Source of the DNA: Eutreptiella sp. 'Long Island Sound 2002'
Lineage: Eukaryota; Protista; Euglenida
Direction: 5' to 3'
Length of the DNA: 64,000 nucleotides
Assembly (NCBI GenBank): GCA_964036045.1
Contig: OZ038378.1
Coordinates: 7,440,001-7,504,000 of the forward strand
A model generated the notes under the pieces. The model made no database searches, was not told the origin of the DNA, and saw only the letters and a program-made list of their open reading frames with translations. Position 1 is the stretch's first letter, and every line of letters starts with the position of its first letter. Shown piece by piece: positions 40,691 through 52,600 of the stretch. The position numbers and the translations under genes were made by a program.

Positions 40691-43600
40691 TCATAGGAAG
40701 TCTTGAAGGTTCACCGGGCGTCGGATGGCATTGGTGTAGCCTTCCTGGTACTGGTATTTGATCGGATGCACTTGTGCTTTGGCCTTACTCTTGGCAGCCA
40801 AACTGAAAAGAGACAAAGCAATTCTGGGCTACATGGGATCGCTGTCATTTTGCAAGGACAGACACAATGGCAAAACTCAATGGCAACCACAGAACGCCTC
40901 CAGACACCCATTGGCACTGTTCGTTTGGAGAGAAGGAACGGGATGAAAACGAAGAGATAAGCCTCAGGTGCCCCCATTCCAAACGGGGACTGCACAGGGG
41001 CCCTCAGCGGTGGTCCTGCACAATGAGGATGGCCCAGAAATTTTTGGTCATCACTCCCCCCAGAATCAGCCTCGGCGAAGAAAAGCTTGAAAAGGGGGGC
41101 CCTCATACGTCAAGATGTCCAAACACCCCGTGGATGCGTGGGCAGATGTTGTAGAGACATGTGCCAAAATTCTGCTGCTGATCTGTCATGATGCATTGAG
41201 ATGCTATGCCATTTGTCATGAAATCATGAGGAGGCATGCCAGGACCTCTGACCACCCTTCCTGCATCCCAAAAACAGAGCTTGATCCACAAACTTTGGCT
41301 CCGCAAAAACAAAACCTGAATAAAGAACCCCTCAATCAACTACCCAGGCATCCCCCACCCTCCCCCTCTCCCTTTGCCCCTGTAAGAGGGCATAACTGTT
41401 CCAGCGAACGCTTCAAGCTCAGATGCCCCTGCAGACAATATTCCATACACCAAGTCTGCAGTTGTGTAGTCCCTAACTGCGGGCTGCTTACGTGGGACAT
41501 CCCCAGCCTGAACCAAGGACCAAGGGTCTCCAAAGCAGAGAGAGTGACGTGGCTACGTAAACCCCGCCGTGTTGAGGTCAAGCACCAACAGTCCCCAAGA
41601 AAAATTTGCTGTGCTGTGGCATGCCGCGGCATGCCGCGGCATGCTTCAAGCCGTAGGTGGGGGGTACCTGAATTTTCCAAAAGCTACAAAAGTGGCAAAA
41701 CCCAGAACCAAACACAAAAGACTGCATCTCCCGACACCCTGCAAAGATGAACACGACAGAATCATTTCATGGCTGGTCATGTTGCTCCTCCTCCTCCTCA
41801 CATTTCCGCTTTTTGTCAATTTTATTGACATACATGATTGCCAAATGCTGCAAAGTCTCATTACTCATATTGAGACGGTCATGTGTTAGGATGTGTCCCA
41901 ACAAACTGAAGGCCCTCTCAACATGCCTCTCCAATTGCCCACTGCAAACAGTCTGTGGTACTCCTGGTTGTCTCCTGTTTCCTCTTGGGTTGTGTTGTCC
42001 CCTCCTCAGTGGGTTCAACAGTAGACATCAGAAGACAAATTGAAGAGAATAATGATCTGTCAAAGCACAGCACAGCAAAAAAAAATAAAAAAAGAGGTTG
42101 CACGATGTGCCCTGCCCCTACCTGGGATGCTGCATACTGGCAATCCCAGGAATGGAACCAGACACCTCACAACTACAGATGCACTGTATAACCATTTTAC
42201 GGTACTGGCCATCTCTGACAAGCAATTGCTCAGGGATGGGGTTGATATTTTGGTCCAATATTTTTTTCCAAAAAAAAATCCCAACCCAATTTTCAGTGTG
42301 CTGCGGCATGCTTCAAAACCCCCCCCAACGGCCCCCAAAACAGGTGCTGCAGCATGCTGCAGCATGCTTCAACCGTTGGTGCTTGAGGTCTCCAAAGCGG
42401 AGGGGAGTGGTATAATTCCACAGGCACTTTTCTTGCAAAAAGAGGTACAGTCCGTGCAAACTTTGTATACTTTTATACCCTCAGACATACACACAAATAA
42501 TATTTCCCTGTTCTGGGTTCAATACCCCAACTATGCACCATAGAGCATGCTGCAAGTGCCTGACAATAAGAGATCCCATTAGCAATTTGCTGCTTGGTCC
42601 CTTCTGCTCCACAGCACCCACCAGATTTCACCAGCTGTGAATGGCCAAATGTGGCACGGGAGTGGATGCTAGGGGCAGATCACCCTCCAATTCTGAGCAG
42701 TGTGGCAAACATTCCACTTGCACCTACACAGCATGCTCCCTCTCGCTGACCATGTCCCCTCCCGCTGCCAGTGGCCTTGATCAACAAAAGCCAGTCACCA
42801 CCCCAGGTCACACACCCTTTTTTTCATCACTACCACAACATTACCAGGGCATTGCCACCGCATGGTCAAGGTGTTGCTGGTAGAAGTATGGTGGAGGTGT
42901 GCTTGCAGTGTCGTGTTGTTCTAGCAAACAGCAGTTTCAGGGGGGTTGGGTTTTATGGGAGCCTTTTTTTTCTCAGCTTTTTGTTAGTTTTTGGGGAGTT
43001 TGGAATGACGCAATTGGGACAGTTGTTGCCTCCCTCTGCCAACAACTGAAGTGTGCTACCGGGTACGGTATGGGTCATATAGCCAAGATCACCCAGGGTG
43101 GCAAGCTAAGTACAATGATGCACACTCCTTCAATTGTGGCCACGGACAGCATCCCTTTGCACAACTGTGTGCCGAAGCGTGTGCCAAAAGACGTATCTTG
43201 TGACTCCATTGGGTGGTCCATTTTGTGGTTCACATCCAACATTTCATCAACAGACATCAACAAACGAAACATGAAATACAAACCATATAGTGTGGGGTCA
43301 AGGAAACAAGTAGAAAAGCAGTGCTGAATAGGTTGATCTTCTGTGCAATTGATCTATTGACACCATCACTCTCTGACCTTTGGTGCCACTGCTTGATTTA
43401 TCATGCTAAGCCACCTCTGCTTCCACCTTCTCCTGCCACTGGGAACGCTTTAGTGTGCCATGGGCGCCCTCTAGGTGCTGCAAGGTAAGGGTAACTAGAT
43501 TTAGGGACCACTTCCTTAAGCAGATATTTCACAAAGCACCCTGATGATAGTGATTGGCCCACAGCCGCCTCCTTAACCCCAGTTGAAGGGTGGGATTCCC

Positions 43601-46600
43601 TACCACACTCTGCAAATTGAGCCGGGGCTGTTGTCTCTCTTTTGCACCAACACACGGTCATCCATAAAATGACACGAGTGGAGTGAACATGGCAAACCCG
43701 AGAAGGAGTGAGATGGCAGCCAGATGAAATAAGAAAATGTCAAATAGGCACAGGCACAAGGGCCCTGCAGCAACCAGCTGCACTAACAGGAACAGCAACT
43801 TCCCCCATAGTATTTCAACCATGAGGAGGCAAAGAGGAGAAGCGGCAACATAGAGATCTGTGAGCCAAGCAGTGTGAGGTTGGAACTATGTAAGAGATAC
43901 ACGAAAAATTGCGACAGCCCAGGAACTATGTAATAGTTGCTGAGCAATGACAAAGACCAGGGCCATTTGGTAGAGGACTCCTTCAAACACAATTTACACA
44001 GTTTTGCAGGGCTATTGACCAACCGGAGTTTGCTAACACCAGCAGGCAAGTTACCGAAAGCCATTCTTAAGGCGCTAAGCCAGTGAGCTGCCCTGAAAAA
44101 GCGGTCATGATTGGAACGGGGGGGCACAAGAGCAGCCCTGGTGTACGACCCTTCCTGATGATATGACAGCTTTTCAGTGGTCTCTCTGCTGTTTGTGTAC
44201 CCCACATATGGAGCCGTGTGCCATGTACACCATCTGAATTATTGGGGCTGGCTGCTGCTCTGGCCTTTCAGATGCCGTTATGCTAGAGTTTAAAAGAGGT
44301 CAGGCTTACCTCATGGGTTGCCCATTTTACATCAACGACCGCCGCCGTCCAAGAGCGTCCCATAATCAGGTGCCCGCAGAACTTCCAAGAGCCCCCCAAA
44401 GCTCCTCACATCCACTGCTCTCCCTGGGTCACCCCATTCAAGCTGGCGGGGCACGCAGTTGATAGACGCTGCACAATAACGCAACAGTGACCTTTGAGTT
44501 TTAACCGCTGCGTCTGACACAACTCTGCCGAAGAAATCCCGCTTCACTGCATTCGCAGGCCGCTTTTTCGACACCATTTGCTTGATCTTGTCCTCGGTCT
44601 CCTGCTTTAATTTCTGCGCAGCAGCCTCCTTGATCCTGGCCTCTTCTTGCAGTTTCGCTGAACAAAGGGGTGTGCAACCGTCCGAAAAGAGCAAATTTAA
44701 AAACTCAATATCCTCTGCCCTCTGCTCCCTTTCAGAAACAACAGCAGATGCAACACGGCCTATTCAAGGAGGTTCATGCCAATTTCTTTCTATGGACTGC
44801 CCACCTGTCCCAAACAACCACACACAACGCAACTGTCCAAGGACTCACGCCTAATCATGGCATTCATGGCACTTGTATGCAGCTGTGTCAACATTTCGAG
44901 CTTTGGGTGGTGATCAGCTTCAGTAAATGTGCGGCACTTTGCATGCACAGCGTGCACACACGCAGTAATGCGGGCAATGACCTTTAGCTGTCTCTGCCGC
45001 ACTTGGACCATCACGACACATGGCCTGTGCAGCTTGCCGAACCTTCTCGAACTTGATTTCTCTTGCCAGAAGCTGCAAAGAGCCAATGTCACAGAATGGC
45101 CAGTGGCAGCCTTCACAGACCCCGCATCATCAGTACAGGGAGGGGGGTTGCATAAAGGCTGATAGTGTGTGGTACAACAGCCGTCCAGGTCCAGCATCAT
45201 GTCTTGTGTGTAACCCGGATCCAGGGGGGGCGGGCGCCCTGAAGCATCCTCGCTCATTGCATCAGGACTGTGAAAGCTCCTGGGCTGCTTTGGAGGGACC
45301 AGCAACAAGCGGTGGGCAGTAATTCACATTTCAATCCTATGTTCCTGTGGACATTCATGCAACACACAGGAATTAGTGTTTCTGTGTTGTTGAACACTTA
45401 AGGACCCACTGAGTGCTTGCAACATGGGGGATGTGTCACTTGCGCTGCTGTGCTTAATGTATCTTATATTCTGGCATTGTCCAGGCTACAGCAGGGACTG
45501 TGGCAATGGGGACCCAATTTCCCTAAAGAAAGGACAGGGATGCCAAAAAAAACCATCCTTTTTGATACCCTTTTTTCCTCCCTGAAACGGAGTTCCTTGC
45601 TGAAATGACACCCTTCAGAAGCAATATACTTGCTACCTGCACGACAAACGCCCTTTCCATTACCAGACTCTCCTTTCTGGTGTACTTGTGAAGACATTTG
45701 CCGGGCAGGTTCGCTGCACCACATATGCACTATATGAGAGGAGGAGGAGGAGGAGGAGGAGGAGGAGCAGTGGACGGTGACCAGCCGCACACCACACCAA
45801 AGGCTGGTCACGTGATGGACCTTTGACTAATCCCCTGTGCGCCACCTTACACATACTCTGAGGATGTAGTGGGATTAGAAACAAACACACTCCCTCGAGC
45901 CCATCTGGTGAACCATGCCCCACTCACCCTTACCCAAGGCGCCCCAACTTTCAGCCTAAAGAGGGTAGGTACCACAGGGCGTCCTTGCACAACTATCCGG
46001 ACTGCGGCCATGGTGATCCTCCCGGTATCCTAGTCAGGTTAGGTGGTACTCCCCGAGTTCCTTTCTTTGTATGTGTACCCTGTGGCCATTCGGTACAACA
46101 TGGGACCCAGGCACAGTGAAAAACATTGGACGCTGTTAGCCAACGGCGATTGGTAAGGCAATCACGGCGGTTCACGCTTCACTGATGGCTGAAGGCAGTG
46201 AACCGACTGCAGACGGCGGTTGGCCCAGGGGCCTATGCTTCAGCAGTAAAGAGTGCCCAGTCACCGCAAAAAGCAGCCACTTGTAGTCCTCAGCACTAGA
46301 CCGCGGTTTCCAGCCGGTGGCACTGGCCTTCTTGAGGTGCCCCGTACCCCCCAGCCCGCCTCACCGTTTGCTTGTACAAAGAGAGGGGCATGCCCCAATG
46401 AAGGGAAAAGAGGACCTGGCGCAGTGCAGCAGGCAGCGCAGTAAAAGTTGGCGTGATGCCTGTGAACTCCACCAGCCGCTCGATGGCAATGTCCATGGAC
46501 CATGTCAACTGGTGGCCGTCTGCAGACAACAAACACCACGTGGCTCGAACGACGGGCAGGAAGAGGGGCACTGTCTGAGCAATGGGAGCTGCGAACCACG

Positions 46601-49600
46601 GAGAAAGAGAGTCACCTACACAGGAGCCTTCGTACCATCTCGTCTTTACGACATGTAGAGGGTTGTAGAGGGTTGTAGAGGGTTGTTGGGGGTTGTGGAG
46701 GTGGTATAGGGCTGCAAAGGGTTGTAGAGGGCTGCAAATGGTTGTGAGGGTTGTAAATGGTTGTAGAAGGTTGTAACAAGTTGTAGAAAGGGTTGTAGAA
46801 GGTTGTAGACAGTCATAAAAAGTCATAGAGGGTTGTAGAGAGTTGTAGAGGGTTGCAGGGGATTGTGAAGGGTTGTAAAAGGTTGCAAACGGTTGTAGAG
46901 GGCTGTAAAAGGATGTCGAGGGTTGTAGAGGGTTGTAAAGGATTATAGAGGGTTGTAAAAGGATGTCGAGGGTTGTAAAAGGTTGTAGAGGATTGTAGAG
47001 GATTGTAGAGGATTGTAAAGGATTGTAACGGATTAAAGAGGGTTGTACAGGGCTGTAACGGATTATAGAGGGTTGTAAAGGATTATAGAGGGTTGTCAAG
47101 GGTTGTAACGGATTATAGAGGGTCGTACAGGGTTGTAACAGATTATAGAGGGTTGTAAATGGTTGTTGGGTTGTAACAGGTTGTGGAGGGAATTAAGTGG
47201 TTGTAAAGGGTTGTAACTGACTTTGGAGGGCTGTGGAGGGTTGCAGAGGGTAGCGCAAAGGGTATTAGAGGGTTGCAGAGGGTGGGTAGTAAGCCTAACC
47301 CACAAGGACAACAAGGACGCTGCCCTCCCTGGTTGCCCCTTGAAGTACAATATTCAGGTTTGTCTTGCCCCCTTGAAGTACAATATTCAGGTTCGTCCAA
47401 CTTCCACCAGGCCTTGTCCGGTTCATTCTGGCGGACCACTCGCTCGTTGGATAAGGGTTCGAACCCAAACATTCAATCGAAGCCTTTGAATGCTAAATAT
47501 TCGATGGAAAATATTTGTTAGAACATTGGGCCTTTTTGGATTGCAGTACATGGCTTCTATGTGTTTCACTTTCTTCGTGTTTGCCTTACTGCGTGCTTGA
47601 GCAGGTACAGTTGAAGATGCTCCTTGGGCTGTCACCCATGTGGTAATGTCCCTCAATTTACATTGCCTCGTGGTGTTCCGATGCTCTCCAGACATGGGAT
47701 AACACTGGCGCTCACCAGACTCAGGTGCCACCTTGTGGAGGGTTGCAGAGGGTCACTTATTGTTGCAGAAGATTGTAAAGGGTTGTAGAGGGTCCTACAA
47801 ACGGTTGTCGAAAGTTGCCTCGGGTGGGTTGTTTGTGAGGGTGTGCGAAAGATTGGAGAGGCTTGTCGAGAGCTGCGGAGGTGATAGAGGATTGCAACGG
47901 TTGGTAAAAGACTTGTGGGAGGTTGTGCCAAGTATACGTACTCTATGCTCTACGGACCTGCTCTGTGCTCCCAGTGTGCCAGGTAATGGGAACCGGAGAG
48001 ACAGGGGCCGGGGCCAGACCAACCAGGTTAGCAGCACGGGAGAAACAAAGGGCAGCAAGGAAGATGCATGCCAGAAGGAATGGGCCCGGGCAGGGGAGCC
48101 CTTTTCTGGGTCCGATGTTTGGGGGAAAAGGGGACTGGCCCCCTCCCTCACTTGCCTCAAACACCTGCAGGTGGTGCAAACAAATATCATGTTTGTTCCA
48201 CTGGCAATCGCCAATCAAAATGTCTACACAGACTCAAGAATGCGCAGCAGACCACCAATTGCCTTTGGATATAGGCTTGACCTCAAGTGCTGAGTACTAA
48301 CAAGGCATCCTACATGAACATTGTCATACCAGTTTGACCGATGTATCCAATATTGAATTCCACATGCTTCTGCGTCAACTCTTTGAGATCTGCCTTGTCC
48401 TGCAAAGGCCCCCCCCCCAACAACAAAAGGCGATATCAGGACAGCGTGCAGCCAAAGTGCTGATTAAAGCAACACAACACAAATGAACACCCAGTGGCCC
48501 CAACACAGTCACGCATAGAAAAATTACACAGGCTCCCATGCAGGCGCCGACACCAACATGGATGAAGACAGCACTGGCACCCTGGGGGGCGCCCAGGTGC
48601 AGTCCTTGCCCCTGACACTCCCCAAACATTTTGGCCCCTCGAAGAGGGCGGGGCGTGGTGGTGGTGGGGGGGGACCAAAAACCACCCCCTTCTTCAAGCC
48701 GCCGTGGTGTCCAGGGAACATTTGGACTCACGCACCCTGTGCAGCCACCTCCCGGTCCACTCACCCCCAAGGATACCTTATTGTTCATCTCATAATGACC
48801 TCATATCTCCATAAACCTTGCTATGAACAAAGTAGCAGGGACGCGGTGGCCTAAGGGGTTAGCAAACAACAATGGAGGTCTCCACTCTGCCTCCTTACCA
48901 ACATAACCTAATATAACCTAACTCCGCCTTCTCGGGGGTCCCCAAAAAGGGGATGAAATCAGAAATGGTGACATAACCCCTGCCATTTTGGGGGCCCACA
49001 GAAAATGGTCAAAAAAAACTCAGCATTCCAAGTGTAGTGTGGTGGGGTGACTGGTTTTACTGGCCCCTTCCAATGGGGCACCAAAATTTTCCGGTGCCTA
49101 CTGCACCCGCCAACTTCTCCATATTGGCCTGTACTGTGGTTGGGACCTTTGAAACATTTTGGTCCCCAGGAGGGGGTAGGGGTGGGGGGGGCAGGGGGGT
49201 GTTGGCCTCAGGGACTACACCTGGGCGCCCCCCGTGACTCGCACCAACACACCCCGAGAGATGCTACCAGTACTCACGTGCCGATGCATCCACATGCATA
49301 AAACAGCGCTGGCATAAATGCACCCACGAATGCACCCTCCACTACACCCACATGCAAAACACCCCACTGGCACAAATGCACTCATGTAACACACAACTGG
49401 CAGCAGTGCAACTCCGTGTTCAGCACAGCACTGGCACCAACAAACCACTAGTCTGATGGTGTTTAGCAAATTGTGTAATAAGATGGTCAAGATGAGTTGC
49501 ATGCAGATGTGGTGAGTAAAAGCAAGCGAGCAGCCTGAGTCTATCGTCCCTTTCCCATGCATTTCCGTTGCAAAACACACAAGTACTCACATTCACTAAA

Positions 49601-52600
49601 GATTGAATGTTGCGGCTGCTCAAAAGGTTGACATGGTAACGGACGGAGGGGCCATGACGCAGCAACACACAACAAAATTGAATTGAATGCGCACTGCAGT
49701 CCACGCAACAACAGTCCCCAAGCAGGACCAAACGCACACACAGGGACACGGGAGCAGAACAAGGCAGCAGGGCAGGGGGGGTACATGGGCACTAGGGCAC
49801 GGGGCTGGGGCTTGGAGGGACACTCAGGGGCAGGGGGGGGGGGGGATACCTTGGCGCTGAGGATGTTCATATTACTCAAACTGACCTTCAGTTTGGGATT
49901 TATGATGCGAAGCAGAAAGCTTAGAACCTCTGCGCCCATTTGCCTCGCCCTGGCAAAGGGCTGGATATGGACAGGCAAGCCTTCATACAGAGTCCGCAGG
50001 ATGCTGGTGTTGTTCTCGGAGGTGGTACGATTGGTCTACACGCGATAGAAGACCAACAAAATGCAGGTGGGTGGCCCTGCAGGTGCACAAAACCTCTTCT
50101 TAGTGAGCAAACAGTGCCATTGCCTGCAGAAGGGCGCCTCAGCCATTGCGATATGGTCCCCCTTTCGTGCAGGACCACCAAACAAATCACAGCACGTTGT
50201 GATACTGCCAAATTGTGCGTTCCATCTCCTATTCAGTGCACCCTGGCCTTATGCTGGACATCAAATCAATTGCGAATGCAAACCTCGACATCGATGTGGA
50301 TACGGATGACGTAAAGTGCTCAGGTAAGGGGGTTCAGCCCTCTGATTCCTCCCTTGTCACTCTTGCGTGCCAAGCCAACACGAATGGAAACAGAGCGATT
50401 GACAGCAACAGTGGCGGCGACGGATGTTTGTTGGAGATTCCAGACAGGATTCAATCCATTTCAGTGCATTGTGATCAATGCAGAGGGTGTAGCAATGCAT
50501 AGAACCGACATACATTTGCACACAATTTCCAGCGTCAACACGGTACGAGCACCTCTTTCACTTCCGTTACCAAACGCCGTTTCCATTCCAAAACAACACC
50601 ACTGATGTGCTCCCCAGCACACCCATCATTTTGGCCAACAGAATTGGGGGAGGGTAAAGGCCCGAAGACCCTGAGGCGGGGCTGCAGGCCCTCTTTGCAG
50701 GCCGCCTTCAGGGCTCCGAAACGCCACTGCCCTGCAGCTGCGCTGCAGACAACGTGGATCTGGCATGCCTCTTCGCCATGTCGTCGCGTGCAATTAGAAA
50801 ATTGACTGGGAAAGAATGCTGACATGAAGCTGGCTGGGTCACTCAGAGAGCGGGCCCCAACTGCAGGGGGAGACAAAGGACCGGCGATGAGAGGGAAACC
50901 GGGCATACCATCCAACTCCGGGGGTACTCCAATCTCGGGGGTTTGCGCGGGACTGCGCAATTCATGTGCATTTGTGCAATGCCAAAAGGTATGAACTTCC
51001 GAAGTTGGGGCGTCTGATACTTGAAAGCCACTTGCGAGCAAACGTCCAGCCTGTATGTAAAACAGGGCGAATCAATGTGCATACTGAGCAATGTACCTTG
51101 GTGCTTCTGCCCATGAAACATCTCTCGGGGGGGGGGGGGGGGGCTGCTGCTGCTCATGTACGCAGCCCTTGCCCACTCTCCTGCAGGGCCTCCTCATAGC
51201 AAACACACTGAGCTGCACGGGATATTATCTCATCAGCAAATCGTACCATGAAAACGAATCCGCACAAATGGCGGTTTTGCGGCCATCAATATCGGAATAC
51301 TTGATCTTCAAATAGTGTTCGAAGCAGCCCTCCATCAGTTTATCATGCTCCGGGTGGCGATCGACCTGCTCCAAGTTGTACAAGTACCCCGGATCTGACT
51401 TGATTTGCGACGCATCCTGTGCATGCACGCCAATGTGGGGCAGGAGGGGGTGGGTGCTGAGCACATATCCACGGGGTTACGGATTTGGGTGTGTGTGGGG
51501 GGGGACTAGGCCCACATTAGGGCACTTGGAAATATCCAATTTCCCGCTTCAGCTGCCCTCCTGCCTCGAATTGCTCCGAAGGGGCTATTTGCGCGCTTCG
51601 GAGGGGAGCGCCCCCATCAAAAACCGACCGGTCCACGCGCAAACCAAGCACCATGATGGTATAGAGCAAAACAAATGTGTAAAATTTTGACCGTTTCAAC
51701 GGGGAACGGCCGCATTCCCCACGAACAGGCACAAACAAAGACGGCTCCAGCTTTGGCGGCCCACACTTTCCAATGTGCTCCTTCAACTCCTCCCGCGTTG
51801 TAGACGCCTGAAAGCGGTTCCCGCAGGTCCCACAGGGGACATAAATAATGGACACGCAAATCTCTGCCCAAAAATCTTGGAATTAACGGTTGCCTGGGGT
51901 CCGCCATGCTTTACTTTCCGCACCGCAAGAGCACGCTTCCAGTGCTCCCCCCAAATCTACCCCCCCCCCCTTTACCTCCCTCTCAGTGTTTACTTGTTGC
52001 TCTGCTGTGAGGGAGGGATGATAATGGCAGGCACCCAGCCAATACTCAAGCACATAAGCCTGGCATTTCACGCGTGCACATGTCACGGACATTGGCTATA
52101 CCTTCCCGATATCTGCGCCTTTGCGAAGCATCTTGATATATTTGCTCTTGTCACTCTGTCGATGAAATATATCTTCCCAAATTGGAAACAGCGACTTCAC
52201 TTGATCCTTGATGCCTAAAGATATATGGTGTCACAAATGAAGCCCTTTACGTTGGATCAAAAAGCATCTCATCAGAAGCAGTGCCTGAGGGACCTGCTTG
52301 GACAAAGGGGGGGGGGTCTCCTCGGTCTATGACGGGCGACTCTGGCCCGAACTATCAGTGGCCGCGGGAAGGGGCAGGGCCTGTGTGTGTGTGGGTGGGT
52401 GGGTGGGTGGGTGTGTGAGCGAAACAAAACGTGTCGGGCACCTCCGAACAGTTGGGTATGTGGCACAGCTGTGATCCGACAGTTTGCAGGTATCAAAGTG
52501 GCGACACAACCCCTGCCTTCTCAGGCTCCGCAAAAAGGAAAGCGGCTGCTGCCACTCCTGTGATAGGCAACCATGCGGCAAGTTTTTCTTCGGGTGCCTT

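Noticed and set aside
44120-44185. KLSYHQEGSYTRA, resembling a duplicate of the CTF18 terminal exon
   Set aside because: Only a short, gapped match; the true last exon is at 40691-40802. Likely chance.
46296-47099. 267-aa minus-strand ORF
   Set aside because: Mostly a translated 10-bp minisatellite; only 46416-46519 is a real CTF18 exon.
51225-51250. Possible non-canonical intron after YDLLMR in the CTF18 exon
   Set aside because: A canonical donor TG|GTACGA at 51247 joins in phase to the exon starting at 51050 (SW-LDV).
51517-51855. CGTCG...H...C zinc-finger-like ORF
   Set aside because: Lies in a CTF18 intron that splices cleanly around it; a single weak motif only.
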